A stretch of 64,000 nucleotides of DNA from an uncultured bacterium (GTDB lineage Bacteria; RBG-13-66-14): assembly GCA_964581465.1 (NCBI GenBank), contig CAZOOP010000004.1:7459-71458 (forward strand), read 5' to 3'. How positions within the stretch are numbered: position 1 is the stretch's first letter; each line of letters opens with the position of its first letter. A program made the position numbers and the translations under genes. Below the pieces are notes generated by a model that ran no database searches, had not been told where the DNA came from, and saw only the letters and a list, made by a program, of their open reading frames with translations. Positions 57,844-64,000 of the stretch are shown here, piece after piece.

Positions 57844-58412
57844 CTCGGGAGCCGACCAGACTGTGAGTATTCGATCTGCTGACGACGCTCCATTGCTCGC
57901 TTCAGCAGCTTCGACCGTTAGTTATCCGACGTAGCGGGTTGACCCCGAGCTGCGTATGGTTACCAGAACCTCAGATCAATGTGTTTTCACAAGTTGCGAA
58001 TACTTGGTTCAGTTTCAGCGGATGATCCCATCCGCAAATACCCCTCAGGGGCAATCAGATGACAAACTGCCGTGACGGGGCCTGGATTGCGTACTGCGCG
58101 CTGAAACAGGCCCTGTCATTTGCTTGCCGGAGGCTGTCCGGCGCTGTTATCGAAGCCCACGGGGCGGACCGCCGGGGAAGTGTTTGTTCAACGGGAGCCT
58201 TCCCGATTGCCGGGTGGGTTGGATGTACCGTATCCGATCGGTCGGCTTATGCCCCCGCACCCCACCCCGATTCCATCGGGTTGTTGGGCGATGCGCGCGA
58301 CGCGTCGGGATATCCCGGTCTGTAAAGCGGTGGATGTGCGGAAGCCCCGGTGCGGCGAGTCGGCCTCCACTTGATAGGATACGCTTGAGGAGCCGTTGGT
58401 TGCGTCCCGGCA

Positions 58413-59036
58413 TCAGCCGAGGCGTTCGACGACCAGGGCCGCGACTTCGTCGATCAGCTCTTCGAGGGGCCGGGCGCCGTCGAAGACCAGCCAGTGCTCT
58501 GGATTCTCCCGGGCCAGCTCCAGATAGCCTTCGCGGACGCGCCCGAGGAAGTCCTCGGCGCGTTCCTCGATGGCGTCGCGACGACCCCGGCTGTCCGAGC
58601 GGCTCAGCCCCAGCTCCGGGGTCACGTCGAGCAGGATGACCAAGCCCGGCTCCAGACCGTCGGTGGCGGCTCGGATGGCGGCCTCGACGGTTTCCCGGGG
58701 CAGACTCAGACCGCTCCCCTGGTAGGCCCGGGTGGAGTCGCAGAAGCGATCGCTGATCACCGTCCGCCCGGCCGCGAGGGCGGGACGTATCACCTCGGCC
58801 ATCAGCTCGGCCCGGGCGGCTTGGAAGAGCAGCAGCTCGGCGGCGGGGGCGCGCCGGAGCTCGGCGTCGAGGAGCAGCTCGCGCACCCGCTCGCCCAGGG
58901 GCGTTCCGCCGGGTTCGCGCAGGGCCAGTGGATCGCGGCCCCGAGCGCGCAGGCGCTCGAGCAGGCCGCGCAGCACGCTGCTCTTGCCCGAGCCGTCGAT
59001 GCCCTCGAAGGCGATCAGTGCCGGATGTCTCGCCAT
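58413..59036 (-). CDS. tmk: dTMP kinase
   Basis: P-loop is IAFEGIDGSGKSS. Also has the DR(F/Y) motif and the LID region. Confidence 0.92.
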   Translation of the reverse strand: MARHPALIAFEGIDGSGKSSVLRGLLERLRARGRDPLALREPGGTPLGERVRELLLDAELRRAPAAELLLFQAARAELMAEVIRPALAAGRTVISDRFCDSTRAYQGSGLSLPRETVEAAIRAATDGLEPGLVILLDVTPELGLSRSDSRGRRDAIEERAEDFLGRVREGYLELARENPEHWLVFDGARPLEELIDEVAALVVERLG

Positions 59037-59565
59037 GAAGCTCCGTCTTCGGAGGTGCTAAGGGAGGCTTGATTGTAGCACAGGGGTGGCGGGGTATTGA
59101 AGGCGCGGACCCCGCGGGGGTGCCCAGCGGATCACCTAGGGACGAAAGCGTCCGACCCGCTCCTTACCGCTGGAATTCAGCCGTCCTCCGTTCCACTGTT
59201 ATTGTACGATCGCCGGCGGCGGTGTCGGAACGACGGGCAGCGAGGCGTCTTAGGATGATTCAGGGTAGTCAGTATTAACCGCGAAGCCTCAATCCACCAT
59301 TGATTAAACGGTCGAGAGGAAAGAGCGGGCATCCACAGCCGAGCGGCAGCATCAACTGCCAAGACGAGCCTGATAGGCGAAGAGCGGTTGGAGGTGTTAA
59401 GGATATCAGGCATCGGTTCAATCGCATACGGGTCGTCCTATCCCCATGACTACAACGGTGAAAACCAGCTGATAGCCTACGATTTGGAGCACCGCACTCC
59501 ATTGACCGTCATCAGTCGCCTCGATACTCGGCGTGATGGTCCGGAATCTTGGGTGATGCCCTAAC

Positions 59566-60214
59566 CTAGAACAGGCCGAAGGCCCCCAGCTCGATATCGA
59601 CGAACTCCAGCCGGACCGGCTCGGTATCCACCCGGTGGTAGACGCCCTCAAGAAAGACTCCCAGCATGCCCAGGGCGCCGAACTGGATTCCGCCGCCGAT
59701 GTTGAAACCCCACCGTGCGCCGTCCTCGAGCCTCCCGGCATCGTAAGCGGCGTCGTAGGACGGGTAGCCGAGCAGGTACAGCCCACCGCCCAGGCAGAGG
59801 TAGGGCGACAGCGACGCCGGGTACATCACCCGGGCCTGGAGGTAGATCGGGGCGATGCTCAGCCCCGTTGTCTCGGCAAGACGTCTTCCTCGCCGGCGTA
59901 GTCAACGTCTTGCAGGGCGGGGGCGGCGTACACGACGTTGAGCGAGAGGTCGGCCGGGATGTCGATCACCCAGCCCAGGCGCAGACCGCCGGCGAGGTCG
60001 CCCCGGCTCTCGGCACCGTAATACCCAACCGGGGCGAGGTAGCCCAGCCGGGCTCCCAGGGTGAAGAAGGGCGGCTCGGTGAAGTCGCCGATATCGTAGG
60101 CCTGACGGCGGAGATTCCTATGATTCCTATGACGAGCAGGGTCAGCAGGGTTGCGAGTCCGAGACCCGGGCCGGGCAGTCTGCCGCAACGCTGGTGCATT
60201 TTGGCGGGTTGCAT
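59566..60214 (-). pseudogene. Small outer-membrane beta-barrel protein gene broken over three frames
   Basis: The signal peptide (frame of 59966-60214), central strands (59859-60275 frame) and C-terminal strands ending ELGAFGLF (59566-59829) are in different frames. This is either true decay or assembly indels. Confidence 0.5.
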
Positions 60215-60622
60215 CGTTTTTTCTCCGTAAAAAAGGGTTGAGGTAAAAATATATCCTTGCCAAGGGGGATTTCACTATCTAATATGATAACTGTAAAAGA
60301 AGGTGTGGGTTTTTTCGATACCCTCGTTATTACTCGTTGCTTATTGCCGCTCCTCGCTGTCACTCACTGACGCTCGCTGGATCACGGTTTGAAAACATCT
60401 TCTGAGCCTGCCGTCGGCGGGATCCGCCGAAATGAGCCAACGGAGCGCGATTCTGCGTTTAATCCAGCCCGTGATGACCAGACGAAGAAGACTGCCCGCC
60501 TTGATTACCCAGTGTAGCGCAGATTTTTTCCAGGGGCGGCCCGACAACGGATGAGAACCATCTTCGCAGAAGACGGCCCCGGCTCAGTGTTGATCAAACG
60601 ATCTAGATACCAAACGGGAGGT

Positions 60623-60955
60623 ATGGAGATGGCCAAGCCGATGGGCGCCACGATCGCCGAGGACTGCCGGTACTTGCTGGCCGTGCTGATCCAGCAGGGC
60701 TACACTCTGGACGAGATCGCCACGGGCTGCCGCGACAGCGTGGAACTGATCAAGGATATCTGGATGAGCACCGGATACGATGAGCGCGGCGAGCGCCTGT
60801 ATCTGGATCTCGAGTCCCTGGTCCGCCACAACAGCTTCCTGCCGAGGATGAAGAAGATGCTGCAGCAGGGGATGCATCTTCACGAGCGTATGGGCGATGA
60901 GGTCTGGAACGATCCCCAACGCCGCCGGCAGTGGCTCGAAGAGCATAGCGAATAA
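60623..60955 (+). CDS. Small HTH-like protein, CRY-motif family member A
   Basis: GGGAGG lies before the ATGs at 60623/60629. Motifs are EDCRYLLAVLIQQGYTLDEIA, IKDIWMSTGY and ERMGDEVWNDPQRRRQWLEEHS. Confidence 0.75.
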   Translation: MEMAKPMGATIAEDCRYLLAVLIQQGYTLDEIATGCRDSVELIKDIWMSTGYDERGERLYLDLESLVRHNSFLPRMKKMLQQGMHLHERMGDEVWNDPQRRRQWLEEHSE

Positions 60956-61195
60956 TCCACCGAACTGGAACACATATTCCGGGATGGGGTGGACATATCC
61001 CCGGCCAATCGACTTGCATTGTCAACTGTGGGTGGACTGGGTGGCTTGTCATTCCGCGGCCTTTATCTTATTCTAGTTGCACGGCGCGGCCGGTGAAGCG
61101 CATCCCGATATCCCGACCGGCCGACACGTAGCGGACTTCGACAACGACGATAACAACGGCCCGCACGCTCAAGGCGGGTTGAGGCAAGGAGGACC

Positions 61196-61522
61196 ATGGA
61201 GGTCGTCAATCGACCGACCAGCTCGCAGGAGTGTCGCTACTTCATCGCAGCGATGATGAAGCGCGGCTTCAGTCTTTCCCAGATCTCGCGGATGAGCGGC
61301 AACAGCAAGTCCGACGTGCGTTCGGTCTGGCGATCCAACGAGTACAGCCCCCAGGCCCACGAACTCAACATCGGCTTCAGCACCCTGGCCGACGGCGACG
61401 ACGAGCTGCCGACCTACGTCGCTCTCATCGAGGAGGGCAAGGAGCTGTCCGAGCAGATGGGTCGCGACAACTGGCTGACTTATCGCGTCCGCGAAAAGTG
61501 GATCGAGAAGCACAGCGATTAG
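61196..61522 (+). CDS. Small HTH-like protein, CRY-motif family member B
   Basis: AAGGAGG lies before the ATG. Motifs are QECRYFIAAMMKRGFSLSQIS, VRSVWRSNEY and EQMGRDNWLTYRVREKWIEKHS. Confidence 0.75.
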   Translation: MEVVNRPTSSQECRYFIAAMMKRGFSLSQISRMSGNSKSDVRSVWRSNEYSPQAHELNIGFSTLADGDDELPTYVALIEEGKELSEQMGRDNWLTYRVREKWIEKHSD

Positions 61523-61728
61523 GCGTTACGGGACCGATAAGTCGAACCGGTGGGCCGCCGTGGACAACGGCGGCTCTGTTTCCAGCCGTGTGATTCCCGA
61601 TTCGCCGGCGCCGAGGGCCGTTGGGATGGGCGACGTTCCGCCCCGCTTTTCTTATGTTGCCTTCGAATGTGTAACAAGCTGTTTGGGTTCGATTATCTCG
61701 TCACTTATAGCTCCAGTAATTAATCCTT

Positions 61729-62084
61729 GGGATCACACACGATCCCGGGCCAGACCACTCCAACTCGAAACGTCGATCCCCTCAGGAAAAGCGGCTGAGA
61801 CGAGGTTAAGCTGAATCAAGTTGAGCCTGCAACCTTATCCCTACGGTGCTCACTTATTAAATGCTTGTTAATAGATTGCTTGGGATAGATGCGTCGTCAT
61901 CGAGGCCAACGGCTTAAAGCAGTTTATTAGCGTGTAGTGACGTCACTACGGGCATCCCAAGCATATGGTCAACCACGTACCTGATACAAGCATCTCGCTC
62001 GATGTGTACTCCTGTTTATAAGCTAACAGCATTTATCCAAATGTTATCCAGTAATGCTGTGGCCCATTGCCGCTTAGTGATCCC
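61729..62084. mobile_element. 356-bp MITE (copy Q), homolog of 42043-42396
   Basis: Terminal inverted repeats GGGATCAC / GTGATCCC. Flanking 8-mers TAATCCTT / TTATCCTA. The internal block GTGACGTCACTACGGGCATCC is shared with copy P. Confidence 0.7.
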
Positions 62085-62492
62085 TTATCCTATTGATGTA
62101 ACACTAATCCAGAAAGAGGACACTGCTTGTTAGTACAAGTATCCAATCAATAGGATATTTCCTAGGCGCATATAATTATACCAAGACAAGTATTAATTAG
62201 AAACAGTACTCTTTACCAGTCGCCATCTTTTGTCGCTCCGTTTACGTACAGGCCAGGGTGGCGTTTCATCCATTCACACGGCGTGTTGAAGGTATTGGCT
62301 GGACACGACTGGATCCAGAATCGCTTTCTTTTACAGCCGGTGCAACCTCGCTGGCCTTTTTCGCCCGATAAGTAGTATTATCCAAGCTGGTTGACTCCGT
62401 CCCGGCGCCCGCCCTGGGCGATGAATCTCCGGGAGTTGGGTTTTACCCACTGACGCCGCCTTTTCGTGCCAGGCTTCTCGGAGGACGATACG

Positions 62493-62819
62493 ATGCCGCG
62501 GAAAAATATATACGATTCCAGCGAGCTGTGCCGCTACTACCTGGCGGCCCTGCTGGCCCGAGGATTCGACCTGAAAGCCATCGCCAAGGGATTGAGCTTC
62601 GGTCGCCGGGAGCTCAAACGCATTTGGATGGACACGGGCTATACCCCGCTGGCCTCCGACGCCACCAGCGAGCTGGGGCGCTTTATCGAGGCGCATCCGG
62701 GGCTGCCCGGACATAAGGACCTTCTCGAGGAGGGCGTGGGTCTGGAGGAGCGCATGGGAGCCGAGGTCTGGAACGATCCCCCGGCCCGTGACGCCTGGCT
62801 CGCCGAGAACGCCGCCTGA
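62493..62819 (+). CDS. Small HTH-like protein, CRY-motif family member C
   Basis: GGAGGA lies 7 nt before ATG 62493. Motifs are ELCRYYLAALLARGFDLKAIA, LKRIWMDTGY and ERMGAEVWNDPPARDAWLAENA. Confidence 0.75.
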   Translation: MPRKNIYDSSELCRYYLAALLARGFDLKAIAKGLSFGRRELKRIWMDTGYTPLASDATSELGRFIEAHPGLPGHKDLLEEGVGLEERMGAEVWNDPPARDAWLAENAA

Positions 62820-62896
62820 GTAAGCAACTGTCTGAACTGGCTTCGGGCTTGTCGCCGGAGCCGTTGTGCTAGCCCTTGTGCTAGGTCGAGGCCGCC

Positions 62897-64000
62897 TTGC
62901 TGATAATCGAAATCAGCGTCATCGCGGTGCTGCTGTTCTTCTCCGCTTTCTTCTCCAGCTCGGAGACGGCGTACTTCTCGCTGTCCTCGGGCCGGCGGGA
63001 GACCATGGAGTCCAGCTCCCGCGCCGGCGAGCGCCGGGCCGCCGGGTTGATCGCCCGCCCCACCGACCTGCTGGTGACCCTGTTGATGGGAAACCTGTTG
63101 GTCAACGTGGCCTCGAGCTCTTTGGCTACGGCGGTTCTGCTGCGCTACATGGACACCGGCGCTCTCGAGTACGCCACCTTGGGGATGACCTTCGTGCTGC
63201 TCATCCTGGGCGAGGTGACCCCCAAGAGCCTGGCCGCCTACCACCCGGTCCGCTGGGCCGTGCGCGCGGGCAGGCTGCTCAACTTCTTCCGGGTGGTCTT
63301 CACCCCGGCGCGCGTTCCGCTGACCCGGCTCTCCCGGCGTTTGATGCGCAAGCTGGCCGAACGCTCCGCCGACGGCGAGTCCCTGACCGTCGATGAGCTG
63401 CGCACCGCCCTCGAGATGGCCCGCGAGCACGGCGAGGTCGATGAGTTCGAGTCGATGATGCTGGGCCAGATCTTCGCACTGGAAGATAAGCGGGTGCGCC
63501 AGATCATGACCCCGGCCTCCGACATAGTCTCGTTGGAGTTGGGCGGGAAACCGGCCGCCGCCCTGGAGATCTTCCGCCGCCACCAGTTCGCCCGACTGCC
63601 CGTCTACCAGGACGAACCGGACAACTGGGTCGGGGTGGTGCGGGCCCAGGACGTCGGTCACGCCGTGCTCTCCGGTCCACCGGCCGACCTGCGTCCCCTG
63701 CTGCGTCCGATCGTTTTCATCCCGGAATCGGCCAGCGCCCTGACCCTGTTGCGACGCCTGCGCGCCGAGGGCTCCCACCTGGCCCTGGTCACCGACGAGT
63801 ACGGCGTGCTGGTCGGCCTGGTCACCCTGCAGGACATCTACGACGAGCTCTACGAGATCGGCGCCCAGCGGGGGAGCAAGCTGCGCCGACTGGGTCCGGA
63901 GCGCTGGGTCTGCGTCGGTTCCCTGGGCCTCGATGACTTCGGCCGGGGCACCGGCGTCGGGATCGCCGACGAGTACTACAGCTCCCTGGGCGGCCACCTG
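62897..64000 (+). CDS. CNNM/CorC-HlyC family transporter (DUF21 + CBS pair), 3' end outside the window
   Basis: My own translation from TTG 62897 gives LLIIEISVIAVLLFFSAFFSSSETAYFSL (DUF21), then the CBS region VRQIMTPASDIVSL...LALVTDEYGVLVGLVTLQDI. It is absent from the track because no stop lies in the window. The long minus ORF 62639-63997 is its shadow. Confidence 0.85.
   Translation, partial: MLIIEISVIAVLLFFSAFFSSSETAYFSLSSGRRETMESSSRAGERRAAGLIARPTDLLVTLLMGNLLVNVASSSLATAVLLRYMDTGALEYATLGMTFVLLILGEVTPKSLAAYHPVRWAVRAGRLLNFFRVVFTPARVPLTRLSRRLMRKLAERSADGESLTVDELRTALEMAREHGEVDEFESMMLGQIFALEDKRVRQIMTPASDIVSLELGGKPAAALEIFRRHQFARLPVYQDEPDNWVGVVRAQDVGHAVLSGPPADLRPLLRPIVFIPESASALTLLRRLRAEGSHLALVTDEYGVLVGLVTLQDIYDELYEIGAQRGSKLRRLGPERWVCVGSLGLDDFGRGTGVGIADEYYSSLGGHL

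Overview
High-GC chromosomal segment from a diderm bacterium, judged from Lnt, Omp85-type barrels and many lipobox proteins. I cannot assign it to a species from sequence alone. Housekeeping anchors are tyrS, lnt, umuDC, rny, tadA, the tmk-holB-PSP1 block, a partial CNNM/CorC transporter, and two tRNAs (Met-CAT, Pro-GGG). Between them lie several tandem paralog arrays. These are four H-NOX-like proteins, two stand-alone cNMP-binding proteins, four secreted Cys-motif proteins, five acidic lipoproteins, three small HTH-like proteins, and two large HExxH + beta-propeller + Omp85-barrel fusion proteins. The most unusual non-coding signal is a 180-200 nt compound palindrome present seven times, always intergenic. 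Both of its inner arms match the sigma-54 -24/-12 consensus (TGGCACG-N4-TTGC). Base changes are compensated between the arms. A decayed IS1595-like family with MITE-like derivatives, including one nested insertion, clusters around the tRNAs. An AT-rich two-gene cassette (TcmP-like plus Gp37/Gp68 three-Cys protein) looks horizontally acquired. An ABC-2 exporter and a tandem-GNAT gene are surrounded by four micro-ORFs with strong Shine-Dalgarno sites, next to a 0.95 kb AT-rich ORF-free island. All functional calls come from motif recognition by eye. No database search was run.
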